From IMG/VR virus record IMGVR_UViG_3300027963_000034, positions 32,001 to 96,000 of that record: a stretch of DNA of 64,000 nucleotides. One strand, written 5' to 3'. The notes under the pieces were generated by a model. That model was not told where the DNA came from. It searched no databases and saw nothing but the letters and a program-made list of their open reading frames with translations. The stretch is from a virus (lineage: Duplodnaviria > Heunggongvirae > Uroviricota > Caudoviricetes). Of the stretch, positions 47,670 to 57,714 are shown piece by piece; within the stretch, counting starts at the first letter, position 1, and each line of letters opens with the position of its first letter. The position numbers and the translations under genes are program-made.

Positions 47670-50110
47670 TATGCTTCATCATCGTTTGTATCATCGCTAG
47701 ATGATTGTTTTCTTTTTTCTCCTGCAGCTTTTCTTTGTGCTAATTGGTCCGCCTTTCTAGAGTTTGCTCCGGATGTATCACCATTCTTTTTATTAGCTTC
47801 TGCACATTGTCTTACAAATTCATCATTACATAAAATTTCAAACCCAACAGTCCCTTCAAATCCTTTACCTTTTTGTCTAGCATCAACATATCCAACGGGG
47901 ATTTGTTTTTTACCACCCGCACTAAATACTAATAATGCATCTCCATTTGAATCTTCAACAACTGTCAAACCTTTATTCAATTCATCATAACTATTAACAC
48001 CAAATACGGTCTGTAATGTTTTTGTAGTAACATGTACACCATCTATTAACATAAATTCCGTTCCATCCATACAAACTTTTAATGGAAATGCTTCTGCTAA
48101 TTTTTGCATTACACCTCCTAATAATTCTGGACTATTTGGAATTGCTTTAATTAAAGCATTTCCGGCTTCTTTTGCTATACTATAATGTTGTTCTAATTGT
48201 TTATCAACATCATATCCAGCAGCCTTTGCAACTTCTGCAGCTGCAACACATGCCTTACTTACATATTTAGTTCCTGCTTTTTTAGGATTTAATTTTGTTA
48301 ACCCAGCTGCTACACATTCTTGTGTAACTTCACCATTTGCTTTACCACATTGTTTTACAATTTGATGAGCAGCGGTTGCGAATTTTCTATCAGCTGATGT
48401 TTTATACAAACTATTAACTGCGTTTTCTAATTCTTTTGGTTTTAAATCTACCGATGCATAATATCCTAATTTAAGTGCGGATTTAGTTTGTTTATCGTTA
48501 AACTCTCTAATAGCAGTTACGGCTCGTTTAACATCATCTGGTGCTTTATTAAATGCTTTATCTCTAATAGCTTTAGATTCTTCCGAAACCATTTGAGCAC
48601 CTTGCTGCCAGGTTTTAGCTCCAGTTAATTTTAATATAGTATCTCTAGCCGCTAATCTTTCTTCTTTATTTTTATTACCATCCTGTGCTTTACTCCATAA
48701 TGATTCCAATGCTCTTGTTCTACCTCTCTCACTATCAGTTACATAGTTTAATATAAAATTTTCAACTTCATTTACAGAACCATTAAAGAACATAATATTT
48801 TCATCTTTCTTCAATGAACATCTTTGAGCTTGGGCAGGACCGGCAGGTTTACCATTTTTCAAAGGTTGTACTCTTAAAAGAACATCCGTTGAAAATCCTT
48901 TTTGTGCATATGGTAATCCCAATGCTTCAATATCTTCTCTCTTATCCCAAGCAGCTCCCTGAAATTGCCATCCACCTTTACCATATTTTTCATCCATAGC
49001 CGCATCAAACGATTCACCATGTGATAGGGATGCATCCACCCAACTATCAGTTGCAATTGCAGTATCGGCTGCCAATGCTTTTTTCAAAGCTTTAGGGTCT
49101 TTTGATAATTTATTAAATGCCGCGGCACCCATACTTTGTTTTAACAAATCTAATTTAGTTTCTTGAATTTGTTGTTTTATTACATTTGCTAACGCGAATC
49201 TTTGACGAGGGTCTCTTAATGACATGAAAGCCATTGCCATAACTTCACCAAATTGTGATTGAATTTGTCCTGCACCACCTTGTTTAATTAACTCTGTTAC
49301 AGGTGGTTGTTTACCATCTACTTCGGTATTGATACATCTTTCCAAAAACTTAATGTATTCTTCTGGAAAACCCGCATTTGTTAAATCGTTATGTAATGAT
49401 TTATCAAATATAAATGGCTCGGTTCTTACTCTGGTAGAATGCCCCTCCCCATTTGAACCTCTTTTTGAATAATATTCTTTATCGGAATAACCTTCGGCCA
49501 TATCTTTTTTAGGATATTTTGGATTAGGATTTCCCATATCTGCACTATCACCACTATTTTGTTTTACATATTCTTGCTCAACTTGTCTTAATACTTTATC
49601 ATCTAATTTTCCCAAAACTTGAGGAGCTCTTTTTTCAGGCTGTGTAGGTTCTCCACTTCTTTTTTGTGCTCTGCCATCATCTTTTGGTTGATTGTCGTTT
49701 CCTGGGAATACTTTAGCTCCACCACCGGTTACACCAAATGCGTTTGGTCCTTGTTGTTTAGGTTTATCTGCTGGTTCTTCTGACGAAAGAGTACCACTAG
49801 CTTTTGCAGCCGATAGTTCTTTATCCGTTGGAATATCATGAACTGCAGTATCTACTTTACCAACCGCATATATTGCTCCACTTTGTTTATTTTTTACCCA
49901 AGTTTTACCAGTTGGTGGTGCAACTCTTTCTTCTTTTAAGAATGAATAATATACTCTTGCTTTCTGTGCTATTTCATTTGCATCGGAAATACCATTTTCT
50001 CTTAAAATTTGTTTTAATGTTGTAACTTGTTCCTCATTTGTTAAATCAATAATACCAGTTTTAACTCGGTATTCTAATTCTTTTAGGATTTCTTGAAAAT
50101 TTATTGACAT
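47669..50110 (-). CDS. Large protein (813 aa), possible head-internal protein with restriction-endonuclease-like core
   Basis: Helical N-terminus ending FLKEE, Pro/Gly linker, then QFGE...STD...SLKK. Confidence 0.5.
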   Translation of the reverse strand: MSINFQEILKELEYRVKTGIIDLTNEEQVTTLKQILRENGISDANEIAQKARVYYSFLKEERVAPPTGKTWVKNKQSGAIYAVGKVDTAVHDIPTDKELSAAKASGTLSSEEPADKPKQQGPNAFGVTGGGAKVFPGNDNQPKDDGRAQKRSGEPTQPEKRAPQVLGKLDDKVLRQVEQEYVKQNSGDSADMGNPNPKYPKKDMAEGYSDKEYYSKRGSNGEGHSTRVRTEPFIFDKSLHNDLTNAGFPEEYIKFLERCINTEVDGKQPPVTELIKQGGAGQIQSQFGEVMAMAFMSLRDPRQRFALANVIKQQIQETKLDLLKQSMGAAAFNKLSKDPKALKKALAADTAIATDSWVDASLSHGESFDAAMDEKYGKGGWQFQGAAWDKREDIEALGLPYAQKGFSTDVLLRVQPLKNGKPAGPAQAQRCSLKKDENIMFFNGSVNEVENFILNYVTDSERGRTRALESLWSKAQDGNKNKEERLAARDTILKLTGAKTWQQGAQMVSEESKAIRDKAFNKAPDDVKRAVTAIREFNDKQTKSALKLGYYASVDLKPKELENAVNSLYKTSADRKFATAAHQIVKQCGKANGEVTQECVAAGLTKLNPKKAGTKYVSKACVAAAEVAKAAGYDVDKQLEQHYSIAKEAGNALIKAIPNSPELLGGVMQKLAEAFPLKVCMDGTEFMLIDGVHVTTKTLQTVFGVNSYDELNKGLTVVEDSNGDALLVFSAGGKKQIPVGYVDARQKGKGFEGTVGFEILCNDEFVRQCAEANKKNGDTSGANSRKADQLAQRKAAGEKRKQSSSDDTNDDEA

Positions 50111-50123
50111 CTTTTATCTTTTA

Positions 50124-50426
50124 TTAAAATGAATCACTTACTAATGTATAATCTTTATTTGTTAGAGATTTTTTTGCTTGCTTTAACAAATCATCAACCA
50201 TCTTATCTCTCTTCTTTGCATCTTCTGGAGAAATACTACCATCCTTATCGTGCTGTTTTTTAATTTGTTGTAACTTACGAACGGCATCTTTGTCATCCAT
50301 ATAGATTGCCAATTCAACTGCCGCAGAAGAATGGTCATTATTATCGGTCATTCTACTTACTTTTTTATTAAAAGCTTCGGCTGGGTTATAATATTCTTTT
50401 AAAGGAATAAGGTCTACTAATCTCAT
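50124..50426 (-). CDS. Hypothetical protein, possible head-internal protein
   Basis: MRLVDLIPLKE N-terminus; downstream of an ATATTTATA motif. Confidence 0.55.
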   Translation of the reverse strand: MRLVDLIPLKEYYNPAEAFNKKVSRMTDNNDHSSAAVELAIYMDDKDAVRKLQQIKKQHDKDGSISPEDAKKRDKMVDDLLKQAKKSLTNKDYTLVSDSF

Positions 50427-50459
50427 ACTAACATAATTATATGATATAAATATAAATTT

Positions 50460-51731
50460 TTAACTTATAACCTTTAAATTGTTATAATTCTCTCCTTCTT
50501 CTATTCGTACCGGAAATCCACCCAACTCCATAATGTCGTTTACGGATTTTAAAATCTCATCTCTTTCAATTGGGTGTGTATCAATAAGAAACGCATCATA
50601 GGTATACAAAATCATTTTACTCATCTTACTACTCAATACTTCCAATACCTCTCTAATTTTGATGTAATTCACTTCAGTCTCTATTGCTTGTAATAAGTAA
50701 GAGAATACTTTTTGTTCGGTTGGAGATTCAATTCTATCAAAGTTAATTTTTCGTTTGTATAAGGGAGTTTCCAAATACCCATTTATAACGAATCTATTAT
50801 ATTGAGATGTTATATATTCCTCAACCTTTTTAAAAAATGGAATCTCTCTCGCCATTTCATCCAAACCACCATATAGATAACGGAATGTCAATAGTTTCGC
50901 TTCTTCCGTTGGTAATCCATAATATTGAGCAAGGTGTTGGTGTGCCGAAATATCCGTTGGAAATTTATAGCCAACTAATCCTCCAATTAAACGAACGTGG
51001 TATGACTCAAAATCAAATTGTAATAAAGTACCATTTGGATGTCTACTAACAAAACATTCTCTACTACCATCCGATTTGTTAAGAGCAGAGTAGTTCACAT
51101 TAAGATGTCTGTTAGATGGTCTACCTGTTATTGTATATGGGTTGTATTGTGTGTAAACAATATCATTTTTTTTGATGTATTTCTCGTCAAAGCTAAAACT
51201 ATCAATAAATTTTTCTCTATCGACTTTTACCCCAGCCCCTTCTAGTTTTCCCAAAGTATTGATTGCGTTTGTATATTTACGATACGATTCATCCGTATTA
51301 CTGATGTTTGGGATTGTCTTTAAGATTTCATACCACTTCATTAAAGGTACACAATCATTCAACTCTTTAAAGTCGTTTCTATACCCTCTATAAACCCCAG
51401 CAACGAACTCATTAAAGATAAATGGTTTACCATACTCTTCAAAATGTGCCCACTCATAATCCAATCCTATTGTGTTTAAATACCTATTACCTAAAACTAA
51501 TGTATTTGAATGAATTATTTTCGATATATCAAATTCATTTAATTTTTTAGCATCTATATGATTTAAATTTATTATACCATCATCACCATTTACATGCCTA
51601 AAATATATAAAGGACAAACGAGTACCAAACGGATGTGCTCTATGTGAGCTCCATACTGGAATAATAAGGTCAATATTTACATTACCCCCTAAAAAAGAAA
51701 ATAGGGTATGTTTATCTTCTATTAGATTCAT
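50460..51731 (-). CDS. Divergent family A DNA polymerase-like protein
   Basis: TGRPSN, motif A DFESYHVR, motif B AK..TF..LYGG, YLLQ, motif C YTYDAF. Confidence 0.8.
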   Translation of the reverse strand: MNLIEDKHTLFSFLGGNVNIDLIIPVWSSHRAHPFGTRLSFIYFRHVNGDDGIINLNHIDAKKLNEFDISKIIHSNTLVLGNRYLNTIGLDYEWAHFEEYGKPFIFNEFVAGVYRGYRNDFKELNDCVPLMKWYEILKTIPNISNTDESYRKYTNAINTLGKLEGAGVKVDREKFIDSFSFDEKYIKKNDIVYTQYNPYTITGRPSNRHLNVNYSALNKSDGSRECFVSRHPNGTLLQFDFESYHVRLIGGLVGYKFPTDISAHQHLAQYYGLPTEEAKLLTFRYLYGGLDEMAREIPFFKKVEEYITSQYNRFVINGYLETPLYKRKINFDRIESPTEQKVFSYLLQAIETEVNYIKIREVLEVLSSKMSKMILYTYDAFLIDTHPIERDEILKSVNDIMELGGFPVRIEEGENYNNLKVIS

Positions 51732-51736
51732 ACCCT

Positions 51737-51767
51737 ACAATATACTAAAAATATCTGAATTTACAAA
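51737..51767 (-). promoter_or_regulatory. Bacteroidota-type promoter upstream of the PolA-like gene
   Basis: TTTG-N19-TATATTGT, 5 nt before the ATG. Confidence 0.5.
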
Positions 51768-51768
51768 A

Positions 51769-52530
51769 TTATTCTTTCCAATGTTTGTCTCTAATTTCAT
51801 ATACATCTATTGGTTGTCTTTTCATATGTTCTCCTTGTCGAAGATATCCACCCTTTAACATATACCCACTTAATATAGAACGTCTAAATGCGTTTCCATT
51901 ATTTGTATCCGAACCATGTACTAAATGTGAATGTATTAAAAATGCTTGGCCCTTTTTAAGTGTTGCATAAATTTTTGGAAAATTATGCCCTTCTGGCATT
52001 TTACTAGCTTTGCCTCTTTCATTTTTCCAATGACCAGGATTTGAATTAACTCTATTTTCATCAACTTCAATATCTAACAAAGGTAAATAATGAGAACCCT
52101 CAAACGCCCATAGGCCTCCATTACTTTCATCCGATTCGTCTAACGATATAGAAATATTTGCTATCTTATTCCAACCCGCCTGCGAATAAAATCCATCTTG
52201 GTGAGCATCTCTACCTAATTCTCCAGGTGGTTTGAAATATGCCCAAGTTTGTACCCCTTGTATTTCGGAATCCAAAAGTAATTCCATACATTCAATTGCT
52301 TTTGGATGTGCCAATATTTTTTCTACTAATTCCGATTCTTTATGAGGATGCATGTAAGGTTCATACTCTCCCCAAGTTTCTTCCGATTGGTTTCTATTAA
52401 TTCTTAATTTATCCAATTCAGCAATAACATTATCCACTTCAGATTCGGTTAAAATATCAACAATCACGTAACCTTTGTATTTCCAGTCATGCAGCAGTTG
52501 TTCTTTTTCTATTTGTGTAAGATGTTTCAT
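51769..52530 (-). CDS. PhyH-family 2OG-Fe(II) dioxygenase
   Basis: KPPG, HQD, ISLD...NGGL, GSH, HGS..N...R; start moved to ATG 52530. Confidence 0.9.
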   Translation of the reverse strand: MKHLTQIEKEQLLHDWKYKGYVIVDILTESEVDNVIAELDKLRINRNQSEETWGEYEPYMHPHKESELVEKILAHPKAIECMELLLDSEIQGVQTWAYFKPPGELGRDAHQDGFYSQAGWNKIANISISLDESDESNGGLWAFEGSHYLPLLDIEVDENRVNSNPGHWKNERGKASKMPEGHNFPKIYATLKKGQAFLIHSHLVHGSDTNNGNAFRRSILSGYMLKGGYLRQGEHMKRQPIDVYEIRDKHWKE

Positions 52531-52535
52531 ATAAT

Positions 52536-52566
52536 TAAATATACAACTTATTTTCAAATTTACAAA
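52536..52566 (-). promoter_or_regulatory. Bacteroidota-type promoter upstream of the PhyH gene
   Basis: TTTG-N19-TATATTTA, 5 nt before the ATG. Confidence 0.6.
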
Positions 52567-52584
52567 AATAAAATATGATTTTTA

Positions 52585-52965
52585 TCAACCTTTATGAAAT
52601 TGTAAAATGTTTGGTAAATAAAGTCCTATGTTTTTTAATTTAGCAGATGCTATGTTTATGGAAGCCGTGTTTGAATTATATACTCCTATATCTTCTATAC
52701 TTCCATCATTCTTGTAAACAACTTCTTTTGGTCCTTCAATTCTCCAAAATAATTCAACACCTTTCCAATAAGGATTATGTAAATATGTTTCGTATGTATC
52801 TTTTTTTACTTCAAATATATGACCATGATCGTCATTTGATTTTTGAACAAAATATCTTTTGATAATACCATTAGTATAATCAATTTCATTTGGAGTTGGT
52901 ACAATTGTTTCGGGTATTACAATTGTATGTATTATTTTTTCTTTTATTAAATCATTATATGCCAT
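52585..52965 (-). CDS. Hypothetical protein at the end of the baseplate module
   Basis: P.P...DY..G.I.RYF, W.I.GP, L..YL....QF; start moved to ATG 52965. Confidence 0.6.
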   Translation of the reverse strand: MAYNDLIKEKIIHTIVIPETIVPTPNEIDYTNGIIKRYFVQKSNDDHGHIFEVKKDTYETYLHNPYWKGVELFWRIEGPKEVVYKNDGSIEDIGVYNSNTASINIASAKLKNIGLYLPNILQFHKG

Positions 52966-52970
52966 AAAAA

Positions 52971-55355
52971 TTATTTTATATCCAATACTCTCCATCTAGC
53001 ATCTAGAGTAGTATACCAACCATCTGGATTAATTGCATGTTTCACATTTTCAATTTGAAATGCACCAATTATATTATGTATTTCAGGAACACCATCACAT
53101 AAAAAAAACTCACCACAACTTATACCACTTATACCATCTATAACTAAACTAATTTCTATTGGAGTTAATAAACTTTTATTTTTTTCATAAAAGGCTTTAC
53201 TAACAATATTACCTATAAATTTTTCATCAGTAAAAATTAAAACTTTTTCAGTTCCACCAAGCTTAAATTTTTTAGAGTTGGCATTTATAGTTAATGAAAC
53301 ATCCTGTGGAGCTTGGCTGTTTGTCCCTTTTTGTAATCCTTTTGCAGCATCTTGTGCCGCTTTTTTCATAGTTTTTTCAACCGCTTTTACATCAACATAA
53401 TTTAAACTATAAAATCCGTCTGCATTTTGAGTTGTATAAAAATCAACACTCTCATATGCATTTTTTGGAATACCTAATAAAGAATCGTCTACCGAGCCTG
53501 ATTGTGCGCTTTTAACTTGTGCTATATGTGCATATGCATTAAATAATGTTCTACCTGCAATTGCATCACTCATATTAAATTCATATGTAAATTCCTTAAC
53601 AATTGATTGGACAGTTGTAGGTTTAAATCTATATGGGCCGTCTTTATCAGTTTTTATAGCCTGTGATAGTATATTTGTTCCTTGTTTTAATTTACCATCT
53701 ACAATAAATGATTCCGATTTTCCACCTTCTAATGAACCTATGATAAGCTTCATCATACCAAATGAATTATCGTTTACCATAGCCAATATTGATTCTAAAA
53801 AATCTATATTTGTATATGCTCTTTGCCAAATTTCTTTTACTTTTTCATATGATAAAAATACATTTAATGCGTTTCCTAAAATAACATTATCATTTTTTTC
53901 ATATACTTTTATAAATTTTTCACCAGGGTTTTTTTTATTTGAATCATTATATTTTTCATTTTCAATATATAATTCATCGACTTTTAAATTAAATTGTAAT
54001 CCATTAATAGTACAATCCGTCTTTTCAATATTACCTTTACTATCTGTTGATAATACAATTGTATTATTTTTTACATTTTTTATAATTTTAGGTAATTGTC
54101 CAGGAAATATAATATTTTCATTTGCAGATATCAAATTATTAGAAGAATTTGCCAATATTATTGAACTTTTACCACCACCTTTATTATCGGTATAAAATTG
54201 TTGTTTACCTATATCTAAAAATTTGCTATCAACTATTGAAGGTTTTGTTTTAGATATATAGTTTAAAATCTTATCAATTACAAATCCTAATGTAATATAT
54301 GGTTTTTTTGATAAAGATTCATATGCTTTATTATCGTTTGTAATACCCCAATTAAAAAAATGCTTTTCATCATCTTTTTTTGTAACAATTGTAGATAAAT
54401 CTGGTAAATTAAAATCAGATTCTATTTGATTTATCCAGGTATCAAACATCATAGGATTAATTGTCGGTCCTTTTGTTTTACTATTAGTTGAAGTTGTAGA
54501 TTTTGGAATGGCTCTTGAAACCTCATTACCTGCAGTTATTTTAAAACTAACAACATACGTTCCATTATCTTGAATAGAATATGTATAATCTAAAACTTTT
54601 CCTGCAATTTGTTCATATGTTCCTCTAGATTCTTCAACTCTTTTGTAATATTTTCTAAGTGATTCAATATCACCAACAGACAAATCTGCAAAATTTGTAC
54701 AAAATGTATCATATTTTGATTTATCTATAATTACATTTGCTAATGATATATCAGTTTGCGCTCCTATACTTTGCTGATATGTTGAATTGTTACCATATCT
54801 TAAATCTACATATTCTTTTCTTATATTTGCGTATAAAGATTGATTATTTCCAAATTCTAATAAAATATTCATTCCAGGTTTCAAATAAAACAATTCAAAC
54901 ATTTCTAGTTGTTTTAATGAAAATAATCTAACATTAATAGTTGCAATTTTTAATGCGTTTCCAACACCATCGGTATCAATTTCTATATTTTCGATTATTG
55001 GATTTGGTATTCCTCTATTACTCTCACCACTAACTAATATTTTTTTACCAGTAAAGTCTGTACCAATGTAAGATGGGCCAGTTGTTGCGTATGCATTTTC
55101 AGGTGTTTGTACTTCGTTTGTAATTATACACCCCTGATATCCTTTTGATGCATCTGGATTTTTTATAATATCATCAAAAATATCAGCTCTTTCTTTTAGG
55201 CTTAATTTTTTATTATCAGTTTGCTGTACTACAAGAGCCGGAGAGGTTAGTATAACCCATGGAGTTTTAAACATAGCACTTTCTACTAGTTTTTCTCTAT
55301 TTAAAAATATTTCTTTAACCCAACTTTTTAAATCAGATATAAATAATCCCGCCAT
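52971..55355 (-). CDS. Baseplate hub-like tail protein
   Basis: LY.KPG.NILLEFG; C-terminal P.EISL.IDGISGI..G..F, F.I..V.H.I....W.T; follows the gp53/LysM-like gene. Confidence 0.6.
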   Translation of the reverse strand: MAGLFISDLKSWVKEIFLNREKLVESAMFKTPWVILTSPALVVQQTDNKKLSLKERADIFDDIIKNPDASKGYQGCIITNEVQTPENAYATTGPSYIGTDFTGKKILVSGESNRGIPNPIIENIEIDTDGVGNALKIATINVRLFSLKQLEMFELFYLKPGMNILLEFGNNQSLYANIRKEYVDLRYGNNSTYQQSIGAQTDISLANVIIDKSKYDTFCTNFADLSVGDIESLRKYYKRVEESRGTYEQIAGKVLDYTYSIQDNGTYVVSFKITAGNEVSRAIPKSTTSTNSKTKGPTINPMMFDTWINQIESDFNLPDLSTIVTKKDDEKHFFNWGITNDNKAYESLSKKPYITLGFVIDKILNYISKTKPSIVDSKFLDIGKQQFYTDNKGGGKSSIILANSSNNLISANENIIFPGQLPKIIKNVKNNTIVLSTDSKGNIEKTDCTINGLQFNLKVDELYIENEKYNDSNKKNPGEKFIKVYEKNDNVILGNALNVFLSYEKVKEIWQRAYTNIDFLESILAMVNDNSFGMMKLIIGSLEGGKSESFIVDGKLKQGTNILSQAIKTDKDGPYRFKPTTVQSIVKEFTYEFNMSDAIAGRTLFNAYAHIAQVKSAQSGSVDDSLLGIPKNAYESVDFYTTQNADGFYSLNYVDVKAVEKTMKKAAQDAAKGLQKGTNSQAPQDVSLTINANSKKFKLGGTEKVLIFTDEKFIGNIVSKAFYEKNKSLLTPIEISLVIDGISGISCGEFFLCDGVPEIHNIIGAFQIENVKHAINPDGWYTTLDARWRVLDIK

Positions 55356-55358
55356 AAC

Positions 55359-55661
55359 CTATGAATTTATTTTGTCAAAATCACTTAAAATTTTAGATAA
55401 GTCTCCAGGTATTCTAATTTGAATTCCAGGAGTCATATTTAAAGATGCTTCATTTAAATTATTAGCAACTGCTATTACCCACCAATACGAAATATCACCA
55501 TAATATGTTTGAGATAATAAATCTAATCTATCCGATGATTCTGTTATTAAATAAGTGTCAGCATCGGACGGTTTTATTTTTGGGTATATAGTAGATTCCA
55601 TATACTTTTTTTTAGTATCTTTTTTTTCTAAAACTTTTCTATTTTGATATCTACTTGTCAT
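55359..55661 (-). CDS. Baseplate wedge protein (gp53/LysM-like)
   Basis: DRLDLLS..YYGD..YWWVIA.AN, PG.QIRIP. Confidence 0.8.
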   Translation of the reverse strand: MTSRYQNRKVLEKKDTKKKYMESTIYPKIKPSDADTYLITESSDRLDLLSQTYYGDISYWWVIAVANNLNEASLNMTPGIQIRIPGDLSKILSDFDKINS

Positions 55662-55677
55662 TTATAAAATATTGATA

Positions 55678-57666
55678 TTAGTTGCCAGTTGCACCATCAT
55701 TTAATTTCTTTTTTGCTATTGCAGCATCTTCTTCTGCTTTAGCTTTTGCCAGGTTTGCTTTAAAGTCTTGCCAAGTTCTTCCATTAACAAGATTATTTAT
55801 AAATAATGGATTCTTATTATACGCATCCTTTCCTAACGTATATAAAGTTGTTATAGGAAATACCGCGTTTGTTAATGGATTAGTAGCAACTTTATCTAAT
55901 GTTGTTAAAGTTGCACTTACTAATTTTCCTAATGATTTTGGATTTTTATTAGATTTTTTACCTGTTGGGGCTTTTGTTACTTTATTGGTGTCAGTAGATG
56001 TTTGAGTAGCTACTACCGGTGTTTCTTCTCTTTTGGTTGGTTCTTCTGGAACAAATGTAACAGATGGTCTAGATGGATACTTGTTTTGCATTATAGTACT
56101 GGATAGTCCAAAACCCATACCATCTAAATTATAATTATATTTAACTTTACTACCATTTTGTTGTAATTCCGCATGTGGATTTTCTATAACTTTAAAAGTT
56201 ACCGAAATATCAACATTTGATGGAAATATAGTATTAACTAAAAAATTTCCCCAAAATTTTTTATCCATTCCCTTTGGTGGGGTTGATGAATCTGAAAACT
56301 CCATATTAGAATTTGTTGATGGCCAAGTTGCATCATCTGGAATATTTACACTTAAATTTTCTACAAATCCAAATAATTTTTTAGAATAACCATGTATTGT
56401 TAATTCTAAAAATTGAGGTCTATAAAATAATTGGTCAGAAGAACCTAAACTGCCAGTTGGTGAGTTTTTATATTTTGCAATTGATATATCTGAAGAAGGG
56501 AAACATAATTGTTTTAAATATTCAATTTGTTGTTTTATTCTCCATATTTGACCTTGGTCATGCCAATATAATTTTATATTAAATTGCAAAGTTCTTTCTA
56601 CTCCATTGTATTTATATGAATTAAATGGTGAACCAATATATTTGTATGTTTCCCAATTGGGTTGAACATCTTCATTTAATCCTGATATTGTACCAGGTAC
56701 AAACATTGGTTCAAATCCTAATGGATGAAATTTAACCCAAGGAATCAATGATTCTTCTGGAACTATACCTTTTGGAAATACTCCCGCGATTAAATAATCT
56801 ATCATTCTATCACTATGATGCTTATATTCTTCCGGGTCTCTTTCTTTTAAAGTTTTAATTGCACCATTTGAAGCACGAACACCATTAAACGCCATTGCAT
56901 CCGCTTTCTTTAAATAATATTCTTTAAATTTAAAAAATGTTTTTGGGCCTTCTTCTCCATTATTCGTTCCCTTTTTACCACCGATTCTTCCATCCAAATT
57001 TAAATCAAACGATGCTGGGTGATACGAGGATTCAATGTATGTATCATCAAGTGTTATTTTACTTTTTCTACCCATTGACCTCCCTAGATTTAATCCTGCT
57101 TGCAATGCTTCTTGTTTTGCACTTCGTAAATCTCCTTGTATTGCAGACCTTGCAGCTCCTCCTAATATTTCAGCTCCAGGTTTAAAGACCGTTTTAACAA
57201 AATATGGTTTATTTTTTTCAATATCTTTTTCGCCTCTGGCCGCATTTTGAGGTTGTAATAGTATATTACTTATTGGTCCAGGTTTATTTTTTTCTGGAAA
57301 TATAGTATCTGCTATTCTAATTCTTTGTTTTAATATCGAACCAGCTAATGCTAAAGTTTGTTTTAATACTTCGCCACCTATTGTATCTGCTTGAAATTTT
57401 TCAGTTAATATTGTTGTTCTATACGGATTTATGATGCCTCTAGTATCCATCATCAGCCTATCCGCCTTATCAAACATATTTTGTATATCTAATGGATTTT
57501 TTAATGATTTTTTTAAAACTTTTTCTAAAGATGTATCTTTTGATTCGTATTTACCAACATCTGAATTTAAAGAATCTGTATCCGTAATAGGCAAATAAGT
57601 AGTATCGCCGTAGGCTACTACTTTATCTTTTTTTGCTCTATCTAATAATTCTAATAATGATGGCAT
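55678..57666 (-). CDS. Baseplate / tail-tube-initiator-like protein
   Basis: W..YKYIG..F..Y.Y.G.ERT..F, L..LC.P, L.I......GF...L tube-like fold pattern; position after the tape measure gene. Confidence 0.55.
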   Translation of the reverse strand: MPSLLELLDRAKKDKVVAYGDTTYLPITDTDSLNSDVGKYESKDTSLEKVLKKSLKNPLDIQNMFDKADRLMMDTRGIINPYRTTILTEKFQADTIGGEVLKQTLALAGSILKQRIRIADTIFPEKNKPGPISNILLQPQNAARGEKDIEKNKPYFVKTVFKPGAEILGGAARSAIQGDLRSAKQEALQAGLNLGRSMGRKSKITLDDTYIESSYHPASFDLNLDGRIGGKKGTNNGEEGPKTFFKFKEYYLKKADAMAFNGVRASNGAIKTLKERDPEEYKHHSDRMIDYLIAGVFPKGIVPEESLIPWVKFHPLGFEPMFVPGTISGLNEDVQPNWETYKYIGSPFNSYKYNGVERTLQFNIKLYWHDQGQIWRIKQQIEYLKQLCFPSSDISIAKYKNSPTGSLGSSDQLFYRPQFLELTIHGYSKKLFGFVENLSVNIPDDATWPSTNSNMEFSDSSTPPKGMDKKFWGNFLVNTIFPSNVDISVTFKVIENPHAELQQNGSKVKYNYNLDGMGFGLSSTIMQNKYPSRPSVTFVPEEPTKREETPVVATQTSTDTNKVTKAPTGKKSNKNPKSLGKLVSATLTTLDKVATNPLTNAVFPITTLYTLGKDAYNKNPLFINNLVNGRTWQDFKANLAKAKAEEDAAIAKKKLNDGATGN

Positions 57667-57714
57667 TTAATTCTTTTGATTTTTATAATAAATATCTCTT
57701 TATAGTATTTAAAT

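Noticed and set aside
50460-51731. DpoZ / Z-genome or 7-deazaguanine system
   Set aside because: No purZ, datZ, dpdA, folE or que genes in the window.
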